This document shows positions 8,834-17,233 of a DNA stretch of 64,000 bases, piece after piece; the first letter of the stretch is position 1, and every line of letters begins with the position of its first letter. Below the pieces are notes generated by a model. That model worked only from the letters and a program-made list of their open reading frames with translations. It searched no databases and was not told the DNA's origin. Origin of the DNA: an uncultured virus (IMG/VR IMGVR_UViG_3300042391_000450) (Duplodnaviria; Heunggongvirae; Uroviricota; Caudoviricetes); IMG/VR virus record IMGVR_UViG_3300042391_000450, one strand, 5' to 3'. A program made the position numbers and the translations under genes.

Positions 8834-9180
8834 TTACAGCAACACAAGCAAGAGAAAAAACAGATAACTCAGCAGCTAAAATTGAAAGAGTTTTGGAATT
8901 TATATCTCAACAGATAGATAGTGCTGCTATGTCGGGTCAGCATCATATTTACTTAGATGAAGCACTTGGCAACTATGGGTACATATCAATATTCCCTTCT
9001 AGTAAACCTGTAAGCAATCTTGAGGGTGCTCATAAAATTATTTGTAATAAGTTGTCTGAAAATGGATATGTTCTCAGAATGGTAAAACATAATTCTGATA
9101 TACAATATTTTAAAACAATATACAGCCTTCTTGATGAAGAAGACCCTGATAATAAGTTTAGTATCACGGTATATTGGTAA
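8830..9180 (+). CDS. Hypothetical protein
   Basis: GGAG SD, ATGA overlap; MITATQAR...VYW. Confidence 0.75.
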   Translation: MITATQAREKTDNSAAKIERVLEFISQQIDSAAMSGQHHIYLDEALGNYGYISIFPSSKPVSNLEGAHKIICNKLSENGYVLRMVKHNSDIQYFKTIYSLLDEEDPDNKFSITVYW

Positions 9181-9249
9181 GTTATTGATTTTATTAAAGA
9201 AATCTTTTTATATAAAAAGGCTTGACTTTCTACCCATTTCTGCTATAAT
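9178..9249 (+). promoter_or_regulatory. IHF-like box plus early promoter
   Basis: TAAGTTATTGATT 9178-9190; TTGACT 9222-9227, N16, TG-C-TATAAT 9244-9249. Confidence 0.88.
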
Positions 9250-9273
9250 AGTTATATAAATTGATGAAACGGG

Positions 9274-9312
9274 AGATAAATATCTCAGATAAATATCTCA
9301 GATAAATATCTG
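9274..9312 (+). repeat. 3 x 13-bp tandem repeat AGATAAATATCT(C/G)
   Basis: Units at 9274, 9287, 9300; each contains the late-promoter motif GATAAATA and is self-complementary (AGATA-AA-TATCT). Confidence 0.95.
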
Positions 9313-9313
9313 T

Positions 9314-9538
9314 ATGAGAACAGTCAATACCTTTTTTAGTCTAGCACCAGCACCCATGTTCTTATTGGGGGCAATACTCAGCTATGCACTCACACATCAC
9401 AGTATGTGTGGCGGATTTACACTAGAGATGCCCACGATGTGGTTGGTTATGGCTATCGCACATGTAAGTCCTTGGCTCATGTGGTGGCAACAGAGACGCT
9501 TTCAAAGATTCCAAACACGCCCTGATAAACAGCAGTGA
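9314..9538 (+). CDS. Small two-TM membrane protein
   Basis: Two hydrophobic segments; ATG 5 nt after GATAAATA. Confidence 0.65.
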   Translation: MRTVNTFFSLAPAPMFLLGAILSYALTHHSMCGGFTLEMPTMWLVMAIAHVSPWLMWWQQRRFQRFQTRPDKQQ

Positions 9539-9753
9539 TAGTGTCCGTCTAGTACTGCTAGTATATCTAGATAGAGATCCCATAATCTATCCGGATATTG
9601 CTCATAGTATCCTGCATCAATCCAACCTATGTCATATGCCCGTACTGTACCATGTGGACCTTGTATATACAAGTTTGATACCATTCCGTGATCAGACAGA
9701 CCCAGTGCTTGTTGAGCATACTGTAGCTGATCATTGATGTGTGTCCATTGCAT
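9502..9753 (-). CDS. Hypothetical protein, convergent with 9314 ORF
   Basis: ATG 9753 lies 4 nt after GCTAAATA (9758-9765, minus strand); alternative start 9774. Confidence 0.55.
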   Translation of the reverse strand: MQWTHINDQLQYAQQALGLSDHGMVSNLYIQGPHGTVRAYDIGWIDAGYYEQYPDRLWDLYLDILAVLDGHYHCCLSGRVWNL

Positions 9754-9774
9754 ACAGTATTTAGCTGTATACAT

Positions 9775-9879
9775 GTAGTAGGTCCTGAAATCTTAGCACA
9801 ACACAACTGTGTACCGCTTACTGAACAAGAAGCCTACTCTAAGATTGCTATGGCAGGTGACGGTTATCCCGACTTCTAA
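9775..9879 (+). pseudogene. Probable 3' gene remnant
   Basis: Open frame VVGPEILAQHNCVPLTEQEAYSKIAMAGDGYPDF* with no SD/ATG start; ends right at the next promoter cassette, like intact early genes. Confidence 0.45.
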
Positions 9880-9885
9880 AAAGAC

Positions 9886-9913
9886 TTGACTTCTCGCCCA
9901 AATAGTGTATAAT
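9886..9913 (+). promoter_or_regulatory. Early sigma70 promoter
   Basis: TTGACT 9886-9891, N16, TATAAT 9908-9913. Confidence 0.85.
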
Positions 9914-9945
9914 AGCTTTATAGTCAACGAATAAGGAGCAATAAC

Positions 9946-10164
9946 ATGAAAACCGCATTTATCCTATTATCACTGAGCTTAATGGTTGCTTGTTCACCTG
10001 CTGATGATCGGGTCAGAGACAGTGCTGGTAGAATAGAGACATCTCTCCCGGAAGTTTGTTTAAATGGAGTAGTTTACTACTATCATGGACACGGGGTAGA
10101 CTACCATGGTTGGGGCTTCGCACCAAAATTCAAGCCTGACTCAACCGTAGAAACTTGTGAATAA
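9946..10164 (+). CDS. Small lipoprotein
   Basis: MKTAFILLSLSLMVA-C lipobox; AAGGAG SD. Confidence 0.8.
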   Translation: MKTAFILLSLSLMVACSPADDRVRDSAGRIETSLPEVCLNGVVYYYHGHGVDYHGWGFAPKFKPDSTVETCE

Positions 10165-10167
10165 GGC

Positions 10168-10195
10168 TTGACTTTAGTTCCAAATCTGTTATAAT
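10168..10195 (+). promoter_or_regulatory. Early sigma70 promoter
   Basis: TTGACT 10168-10173, N16, TG-T-TATAAT 10190-10195. Confidence 0.85.
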
Positions 10196-10227
10196 AATCA
10201 CATATTCACTGAACAAAGGAATCTTAA

Positions 10228-12360
10228 ATGATCCTCACTAAGCAAGTTGAAAACGAAGCGATTTTGAGCAATGTTGGTGCTACTACCGACTTCAAGATCA
10301 AAGCTACTGCAAAATCTTTCCGCATTCTAGCTGACGGCTTGTACGCCAACAAGATTCGCGCAATCGTGCGTGAGCTTTCTTGTAACGCATACGACAGTCA
10401 CGTTGCTGCAGGTAAAACCGAAACTCCGTTTGACGTACATCTGCCCAACTCACTTGAATCTTACTTTTCAATCCGCGACTATGGCGTGGGTTTGAGTGAT
10501 AATGAAGTAACCAACATCTTTACTACTTTCTTTGAAAGTACCAAGACTGGCAGCAATGACTTTGTTGGTGCACTGGGTCTGGGTTCAAAGTCTCCCTTCA
10601 GCTATACCGATAACTTTACGGTAACCGCAATCAAAGATGGCATCAAAGGCGTTTACACCGCGTTTATTAACGAGCATGGTGTACCCAGTATTGCACTCAT
10701 GGCACAAGAAGAAACTACTGACCCCGCTGGTGTAGAAATTAGGTTTGCTGTAGAAAATCAGTATGACTTTAATGACTTCTGCCAAGAAGCTATTTTTGTG
10801 TATCGCACCTTCAAGCACAAGCCTGTTGTTTCTGGTAACAGCAGGTTCAAGTTTGATAACTTTGAGTATGAAACTCGTGATGTTGTTCCAGGTGTGCATC
10901 TAGTAAAAGGCTTGAACAACAGTGTTGCTATCATGGGTAACATTGGTTATCCGATTCGCATCCCTGACAGTAACCAAACACTAGGTGATTTGCGTAGTCT
11001 GCTCAACTGCGGATTGGTAATGGAATTTGCAATCGGCGAACTGGACTTTCAGGCATCGCGTGAAGGTTTGAGCTACATTCCTATGACAGTAGAAGCAATC
11101 AAGCGAAAGCTTGAACAGTTGCGTGACCAACTTACAGTACATATAGCTACTGAAGCTGACAAGATTAAAAACTTGTGGGAACGTACTTATTTCTTGGTCA
11201 ACAAGTCTCAGTCTAATATGTGGCGTGATGCAGTATATCAGTATATTCAGAACACAAATTTTGACATGTTTCAAAATAATGGTGGGTATTCCTTGTATCC
11301 GCAAGCCTTTAAGATCAAAGTAAGTGATTTGGCATCACGGTACAACATTACTGTTAAAGCGTTTGATTCTGACTATAGAAGCAGGTGTTCTACTGAGAAT
11401 TCAGATAGTGTTTACAATACAGAAACGCGGGAATACGAAGCTGTTTGGAGTTTTACTCCTTACGAAAAACTCAACTTTGTAATTCAGGATACCAAAACAG
11501 GTGCTTATGAACGTGCAAAGTATCATTGGAAAAACAAGAATATTACTCATCAAAGAGTGTATGTACTTTCTCCTACTGACAAGACTAAAGCAATGGATAC
11601 TGCTGCGTTTTTTACAGCAATCAGGAATCCACCCCAAGCACAAATTTGTCTTGCAAGTACACTTGATGAAAAGCCGCGCAAAGCAGGTATGGCTAAGAAC
11701 GTTAGCATTATGCACTTGGAGCGTAGGGGCGGCAGAAGTAACAGTGAGGACATGGTTTGGCGCGCCAATGGCAAGCTAAACGATTTTAGCAAAACTGAAA
11801 CTCACTACTACTTGCCCATCAAAGGCTTTGGATCTTTGGGTAAAGTTGATAACGTAAAAGCATTGCGTCAATATATGAACGATGCAAACATCAGGGTTGA
11901 GGTTTTTGGTGTGCGTAAAGCAGACTTAGCAGAAGTAGAATCCATGACAAACTGGGTTCATCTGGACACGTATGTTGAACAGGAACTGAAGAAATTCGGT
12001 AATGAACAGATAATGGGTTTGATCAAATCAGCTATTGACTTTGGTGAAGTTTACAAGTACAATGTGTTTAGTAAAGTGAATGCTGACAGCCCGTATCTCA
12101 AGCTGCACACAGAATTCAAAGATGTTAAGAAAGTAGATAGTAAAGTTCAATATGCAGTCCAATGGTTATGTAATCAATACAAGGTTCAAACAAACACAAA
12201 TATTGACGTTACAGCAACCGTTGCTAAGTACAAACAAGAAGTGACCGAGCTTAACAATCGTTATCCTCTTGCGCAATACATTCGTTATGCCCCTGATCAG
12301 GAAGTAGCGAATTACATTAACATGATCGACAATATTATTAACAACCAGAAAGGTGAATAA
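10228..12360 (+). CDS. rIIA: rIIA-like protein (GHKL ATPase N-terminus)
   Basis: LY.NKIRAIVREL.CNA.D, RDYG.GL, STK, G.LGLGSKSPFSY, SREGLSY; followed by rIIB. Confidence 0.92.
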   Translation: MILTKQVENEAILSNVGATTDFKIKATAKSFRILADGLYANKIRAIVRELSCNAYDSHVAAGKTETPFDVHLPNSLESYFSIRDYGVGLSDNEVTNIFTTFFESTKTGSNDFVGALGLGSKSPFSYTDNFTVTAIKDGIKGVYTAFINEHGVPSIALMAQEETTDPAGVEIRFAVENQYDFNDFCQEAIFVYRTFKHKPVVSGNSRFKFDNFEYETRDVVPGVHLVKGLNNSVAIMGNIGYPIRIPDSNQTLGDLRSLLNCGLVMEFAIGELDFQASREGLSYIPMTVEAIKRKLEQLRDQLTVHIATEADKIKNLWERTYFLVNKSQSNMWRDAVYQYIQNTNFDMFQNNGGYSLYPQAFKIKVSDLASRYNITVKAFDSDYRSRCSTENSDSVYNTETREYEAVWSFTPYEKLNFVIQDTKTGAYERAKYHWKNKNITHQRVYVLSPTDKTKAMDTAAFFTAIRNPPQAQICLASTLDEKPRKAGMAKNVSIMHLERRGGRSNSEDMVWRANGKLNDFSKTETHYYLPIKGFGSLGKVDNVKALRQYMNDANIRVEVFGVRKADLAEVESMTNWVHLDTYVEQELKKFGNEQIMGLIKSAIDFGEVYKYNVFSKVNADSPYLKLHTEFKDVKKVDSKVQYAVQWLCNQYKVQTNTNIDVTATVAKYKQEVTELNNRYPLAQYIRYAPDQEVANYINMIDNIINNQKGE

Positions 12361-12361
12361 A

Positions 12362-13204
12362 ATGGCATACCCCTATATCGTACAAGGGTCGCAAGTAACA
12401 GTAGTAATTGGCTCTAAGCCGCACGTGGTAAGCAGGGCGCACCCCATGTATCAGCGTGTGGTTGATGCTATCAAAGCAAACGATTGGGAAACTGTAGACA
12501 GCATTATTGATCCCAAACAGGTAATCTTGGAATACGGTAATGGCAACATTGCTGTTCAAGGTGATACTATGTACTGGAAAGGCGAAGAGTTCCATAACTC
12601 ATTAGCTACTCGCATGATCCGTATGCTGCAAGACGGTTTTGATGTCAAGCCCATGGTAGCGTTCATGGAGAACTTGATGCAGAACCCTAGCAAGCGGGCT
12701 GTGACTGAACTTTATGGCTTCTTGGAAAAGAACAGTTTGCCGATTACTCCCGACGGCTCATTCTTGGCTTACAAGAAAATTCGTCAGGACTATACTGACT
12801 GTCACACTGGCAAAATGAATAACTCAGTGGGTCAGGTAGTAGAAATGGAACGCAACCGAGTGGATGACGATCAGAACCAAACTTGTTCTACTGGCTTGCA
12901 CTTTTGCTCACGCGATTACTTGAACCACTTTGGTGGTGCGCGTATCGTGATCGTTAAGATCAACCCCCGTGATGTTGTGTCAATTCCTAACGACTACAAC
13001 GATTCAAAAGGTCGTGCATGTTGTTACGAAGTAGTGGACGAGATTGACAAGGACAAGGCTGACGAAGCTTTTGCTAAGTCGGTTCAGGAAGCTGCTGTAC
13101 GTGAAGCAAGTGTACTGACTGATGCCGAGCGAGTAGAAGTAGCCCGCTTGATTCAGGAAGTGTTGAATCAGCGTAAAGCACAGGCTCTAGCTACTACTGA
13201 GTAA
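12362..13204 (+). CDS. rIIB: rIIB-like protein
   Basis: LY.FLE...LPITPDG.FLAYK, V.M.RN.VDDD...CS.GLH, VKINPRDVVSIP.DY...KGR.C.Y; ATG 12362 (GTG 12353 alternative). Confidence 0.92.
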   Translation: MAYPYIVQGSQVTVVIGSKPHVVSRAHPMYQRVVDAIKANDWETVDSIIDPKQVILEYGNGNIAVQGDTMYWKGEEFHNSLATRMIRMLQDGFDVKPMVAFMENLMQNPSKRAVTELYGFLEKNSLPITPDGSFLAYKKIRQDYTDCHTGKMNNSVGQVVEMERNRVDDDQNQTCSTGLHFCSRDYLNHFGGARIVIVKINPRDVVSIPNDYNDSKGRACCYEVVDEIDKDKADEAFAKSVQEAAVREASVLTDAERVEVARLIQEVLNQRKAQALATTE

Positions 13205-13209
13205 TTAAC

Positions 13210-13284
13210 AAACCCCAAAGAAATCAGCAACTTACAGAATCAGATGTTTTTAGTAAGTTGTTGATTTCAATGGGGTTTCTTTTT
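13210..13284 (+). terminator. Long hairpin/terminator built from two inverted IHF-like boxes
   Basis: AAACCCCA..GAAATCAGCAACTTAC (13210-13235) pairs with GTAAGTTGTTGATTTC..TGGGGTTT (13253-13278), then a T-tract. Confidence 0.75.
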
Positions 13285-13490
13285 GGCTGTTATTGCTTGA
13301 GCATGTTGACTATGATCTCTGGTTAAGATTTCACGCAGGTAACGTAAGTTATTGATTCTTTGTTAAAATTATGTTTGTAAATCAGTAACTTAGCTCAGTG
13401 GTTTTATAAAATATTTTTAAAAAAGCTTGACAATACTCAATTTATCTAATACTATATAGAAACTATAACTTTACTTCAATAAGGAATGTC

Positions 13491-14768
13491 ATGAAAGCTA
13501 ACAAAATGCTTGAAAAAGATTCTAACAACATCACCCGTAACCAAGAGCGGGTTCTCGCTAAGAAAGTAGCAAAACAAGCAAAGGTAGACCCTTATAAGTT
13601 TAAATGGAATCACCAACCTAAGGATCCTGATATTCTTTATCCTGAAAATGAAATGAAACGGTCTGTTGGTTCACACAATGAAATATCTTTTGCAGATCGG
13701 GTGAAAGAAATAGAAAAGGATCCTAGGTTCGATTCTCTTATTCGCAGAATTAAAAAGAAGTTTGAAGGTAAATTGAAAATGTCTGATCGTCCTGACTTCA
13801 AACTAGTACCTATCAGTAAAATTGTGATTGACTTAGATATTCAGCGGGATATCATTATAAATCACTTGTTTGAAATCTTGGAAAACTTTCATCCATGGCG
13901 AATCAGTCCGGTTTTTGCAGTAAAAGATCCGGGAGTAGAAAGGTACCATGCATGTGATGGTCAACATAATACTACTGCTCAAATGATTCTTTTTGTTGCT
14001 AAGATATGGTCAGACATTACTGGTAACAAAGAGTTTATGGTTCCTGTGTGGTATGTAGAAACTTCTGATCGTAGCTTTGCGCGTGATCTTTTCACATTCG
14101 TTAACGGAAAAGGTAGAAGAAACGTTGACGAATATACTATGATACGTAATGATGTGTATAAAATTCGTATTGATGGTAAAACCAAAGAAGATGATGCAGA
14201 CGCATGGGAAAATCATGTTAAAGTAGAAAGTATTGAGAAAAACAACTGCACACTTATCAAGAAAGAAGATAAAGATAATAGTGGATTAGCTGGCTCTATT
14301 ACACACATTCAAGCAGTAGTTTCCAGGTCTAGTAAGGTACTAGATCATATCACGGCTGAACATGATTTGTATTACCCGGGAGAACCACTTCATAACTCCG
14401 AATTCGGTTTCTTTGAAAGCTTCTACAAAGAGTTTATTGAAACAAAGATTTACAAAACCCGAAACGATAAAAACTTCCGTAGTTTTATGGATGAGATCAT
14501 GGGTACATTACGTAAAGGGTTTTATACGCAAAATAACTTGGCTACCCAAACTAAAAGAGCATGGGAAGAGCATTATAAACACAAGCACGGTGCGCTGGTT
14601 GATGTGCCCACTGCCCCGTTCAATGCTGCTTCCGGTGTCGTGTGCAGAGCTTATGTCAGAAACGGTGGAAGTCATCGTGTATTGGAAATCGCAGACACTG
14701 GTATATTTTCTCAAACTGATATTTACGACTTTTTAGACACTTGTGTTACTGAGAGGTTTGTAAAATGA
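13491..14768 (+). CDS. ParB/Srx-like (DGQH) domain protein
   Basis: VPISKIVIDLDIQR...CDGQH pattern of ParB-like N-terminal domains; TTGACA at 13427 upstream. Confidence 0.65.
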   Translation: MKANKMLEKDSNNITRNQERVLAKKVAKQAKVDPYKFKWNHQPKDPDILYPENEMKRSVGSHNEISFADRVKEIEKDPRFDSLIRRIKKKFEGKLKMSDRPDFKLVPISKIVIDLDIQRDIIINHLFEILENFHPWRISPVFAVKDPGVERYHACDGQHNTTAQMILFVAKIWSDITGNKEFMVPVWYVETSDRSFARDLFTFVNGKGRRNVDEYTMIRNDVYKIRIDGKTKEDDADAWENHVKVESIEKNNCTLIKKEDKDNSGLAGSITHIQAVVSRSSKVLDHITAEHDLYYPGEPLHNSEFGFFESFYKEFIETKIYKTRNDKNFRSFMDEIMGTLRKGFYTQNNLATQTKRAWEEHYKHKHGALVDVPTAPFNAASGVVCRAYVRNGGSHRVLEIADTGIFSQTDIYDFLDTCVTERFVK

Positions 14769-15238
14769 TTGCACTAAAGGATGATTCTACGACCGGTCTT
14801 TATCTCATAAAAACAGGTCATAAAATACCGCTAACTGTCGGATCAGATATATTTGTTCACACCGACGGTTGGGGTAGAACAACCCATGAAGAGAAACGAA
14901 TCAAAGCTTATATAGGTCATACTGGATGTGCTCAACAATTTAATGATCTGTACTATGGGCCCACAGATGTAGTAACAGATTTAGAAGAGTCTCGTAGATT
15001 GCTACAAGCGCATGTTAGTATCAAACTTGACCAATGGGTATGGGAGTGGATAGATCCTAACAGCGGTCAGACGTATAACGATCTACAGAATTGGTTCGAG
15101 AATAGAATCAGAAAATTCGGTCTTCCCGTATATCGCGTGAAAAAAGAGCACATGCCCTACGGACCCTTTACGTCTAAACCTATGTTTAGTATCATTGACA
15201 TTTGTTCTGATCAAAATAAGTACCTAGAATCGGTGTAA
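14765..15238 (+). CDS. Hypothetical protein, possibly degenerate GIY-YIG/T5orf172-like
   Basis: GLYLIK...GWGRT....KRI..Y...LEE...EW pattern; low certainty on family. Confidence 0.55.
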   Translation: MIALKDDSTTGLYLIKTGHKIPLTVGSDIFVHTDGWGRTTHEEKRIKAYIGHTGCAQQFNDLYYGPTDVVTDLEESRRLLQAHVSIKLDQWVWEWIDPNSGQTYNDLQNWFENRIRKFGLPVYRVKKEHMPYGPFTSKPMFSIIDICSDQNKYLESV

Positions 15239-15305
15239 GTAACTGATAGGTCAAGCCTTTTATTTTTGATAGAAGGCTTGACATTCTTTCTAATTCTGAT
15301 ACACT
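15236..15305 (+). promoter_or_regulatory. Degenerate box plus early promoter with an inverted -35 copy
   Basis: TAAGTAACTGATA 15236-15248; GTCAAGCCTT (15250-15259) / AAGGCTTGAC (15273-15282) inverted repeat; TTGACA 15278, N16, TACACT 15300-15305. Confidence 0.7.
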
Positions 15306-15313
15306 AATATAAT

Positions 15314-15541
15314 ATGAATATATACGAAAACTACCCTGTTCAAGTTGAGATTGTACGCAAGTTTACTTCAGGTACACTTGAAGGCATAACCCATACAGAT
15401 CGTATGGGTTTTATGACTTATAACGATGCTAAAGCTTGGGCTTGGGCAGTAAGTAACAGTACTCGTACCAACTATACAATAATCAGTTTAACCGACATAA
15501 AAACCAACAAAGAATTGGATTTTACTTCAGTTGGAAGCTAA
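15314..15541 (+). CDS. Hypothetical protein
   Basis: ORF between two promoter cassettes. Confidence 0.7.
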   Translation: MNIYENYPVQVEIVRKFTSGTLEGITHTDRMGFMTYNDAKAWAWAVSNSTRTNYTIISLTDIKTNKELDFTSVGS

Positions 15542-15608
15542 GTTATTGATTTCTAAAGAGATTTATTTTTAGCCAAAGGCTTGACTTTCGGGTAAAACCT
15601 GCTATAAT
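15539..15608 (+). promoter_or_regulatory. IHF-like box plus early promoter
   Basis: TAAGTTATTGATT 15539-15551; TTGACT 15581-15586, N16, TG-C-TATAAT 15603-15608. Confidence 0.88.
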
Positions 15609-15640
15609 AGTATTATACAGTGAATAAACAGGAGCACAAA

Positions 15641-15898
15641 ATGTCAGCACTTCAAGCACTTATCAATCAAAAGAATCAGTGGAACGCGATTTTCAACGGT
15701 GAGCAATTTGAGATTAAAACTGCTAAAGGTAGACAACGTGTAGCCAGTATGATTGATTCCGATCTTAGCCCTGAGAATCTTACCTGTGACGGTGAACTGC
15801 CCCGTAGTCAGGTTCAAGCCCGGTATCGTGCATTGACTGCTGCTGCTAAAGAGCTAGTTAAGCTGGATCCTTCTGTTAAAATTTACGAATTTAGTTAA
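15641..15898 (+). CDS. Hypothetical protein
   Basis: AGGAG SD before ATG 15641; LSPENLTCDGE motif. Confidence 0.8.
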   Translation: MSALQALINQKNQWNAIFNGEQFEIKTAKGRQRVASMIDSDLSPENLTCDGELPRSQVQARYRALTAAAKELVKLDPSVKIYEFS

Positions 15899-15905
15899 AA
15901 AAGGC

Positions 15906-15933
15906 TTGACTTCTTACCCATTTCTGCTATAAT
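15906..15933 (+). promoter_or_regulatory. Early sigma70 promoter
   Basis: TTGACT 15906-15911, N16, TG-C-TATAAT 15928-15933. Confidence 0.88.
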
Positions 15934-15966
15934 AGTTCTATAGTCAACAAAGAGCGAGAAAGTATA

Positions 15967-16113
15967 ATGTATACTGTAACCTACAAATACTACAACTATG
16001 ATAGCCTGAGCAAGTCTTTTGACACATATATTGCTGCTAAGGGTTTCTTCAACCGCATTAGTCGCGACCGCCGAGTTCGCCGTGTTGAGTTGATCGTACC
16101 TGCAACAGAATAA
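15967..16113 (+). CDS. Hypothetical protein, 48 aa
   Basis: MYTVTYKYYNYDSLSKSFDTYIAAKGFFNRISRDRRVRRVELIVPATE; fills the gap between two promoters. Confidence 0.75.
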   Translation: MYTVTYKYYNYDSLSKSFDTYIAAKGFFNRISRDRRVRRVELIVPATE

Positions 16114-16127
16114 ATTTCAAATAAGGC

Positions 16128-16155
16128 TTGACTTCTTACCCAAATCTGCTATAAT
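16128..16155 (+). promoter_or_regulatory. Early sigma70 promoter
   Basis: TTGACT 16128-16133, N16, TG-C-TATAAT 16150-16155. Confidence 0.88.
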
Positions 16156-16191
16156 AACATCATACAGTAAACAAACAAGAGAGAAAATACT

Positions 16192-17217
16192 ATGTCAGTA
16201 ATCAGAATCAAGCGCGGTACTTATCGTAATGCTCCCATTATCAACACTACTTTCAAGTTGGTACGGGGCTATCAAGTAGGTGTTAAAGGCGGCTACGTTA
16301 CTGTAAAGAACGAAGGTCACTTCCCTATTGATATTGACAACATCAAGATCAAAGTAGATAATATCAGTTCTATTGAATACCTAACAGGTGAACCCATGAC
16401 TGAAGCAGTAGTTGAATCGCAAGTATCCCTCCCGCAAGAAACAGACGAAGAAGCAATGAATCGTATTAGCACCCGCTTTCAAATTATGGATGAAATGACA
16501 AAAGCGTGTATCGCAGGTGACATTCGTGCTTTGATCGTAACTGGTCCTCCCGGTGTAGGCAAGTCACACACTGTTATTCAAGAAATGGAAAAAGCAAGCT
16601 TGTTTGACAAAATTGCTCAACGTAATCCACGTTTTGAAATTGTCAAAGGTGCGATCTCTGGTATAGGTTTGTTTGCTACACTGTACAAGTTTTCTGACCC
16701 ACGCAATGTACTAGTGTTTGACGATTGTGATGTTTGGTCAGACCCTGATGCGTTAAACGTATTGAAAGGTGCTTTGGATTCAGGCAAGAAGCGTAGAATT
16801 TCTTGGAACAAAGATTCACGTTTGCTCAGAGACGAAGGTGTACCTAACTCGTTTGACTTTCACGGTTCAATCATTTTTATCACTAACGTTGATGTTGCTA
16901 ACAACAACAAGCGTTCTACTGTCAAGGCACACATTGATGCGCTGCAATCACGAGCACATTACTTGGATCTGACTATTGACACCGAGCGTGACAAAATGTT
17001 GCGTGTGCGTCAAGTTCACCGTGACACCAACAACGGTTTGTTTGAGGATTATGGTTTTAATGATGCTCAGTCTACTGAAATCTTAGACTTCATGGAAACC
17101 AATCTGACTAATCTGCGTGAAATTTCACTGCGTATGGCTGTAAAGATTGCTGATCTTGTTAAAGTGTCAAAGAACTGGAAAATGCTGGCTGAAGCAACTT
17201 GTGTAAAGCGTGGTTAA
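16192..17217 (+). CDS. AAA+ ATPase with small N-terminal beta domain
   Basis: GPPGVGKS Walker A, VLVFDDCD Walker B, FITN sensor, ALQSR arginine finger. Confidence 0.88.
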   Translation: MSVIRIKRGTYRNAPIINTTFKLVRGYQVGVKGGYVTVKNEGHFPIDIDNIKIKVDNISSIEYLTGEPMTEAVVESQVSLPQETDEEAMNRISTRFQIMDEMTKACIAGDIRALIVTGPPGVGKSHTVIQEMEKASLFDKIAQRNPRFEIVKGAISGIGLFATLYKFSDPRNVLVFDDCDVWSDPDALNVLKGALDSGKKRRISWNKDSRLLRDEGVPNSFDFHGSIIFITNVDVANNNKRSTVKAHIDALQSRAHYLDLTIDTERDKMLRVRQVHRDTNNGLFEDYGFNDAQSTEILDFMETNLTNLREISLRMAVKIADLVKVSKNWKMLAEATCVKRG

Positions 17218-17233
17218 GTAAGGGAGTAATATC

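Noticed and set aside
9274..9312. Tandem 13-mers as a CRISPR array
   Set aside because: No spacers, unit too short, no cas genes
4427..15551. Integron attC sites or IS terminal repeats for the TAAGTTATTGATT boxes
   Set aside because: No GTTRRRY/RYYYAAC pairs and no integrase or transposase in the window; the IHF consensus fits better
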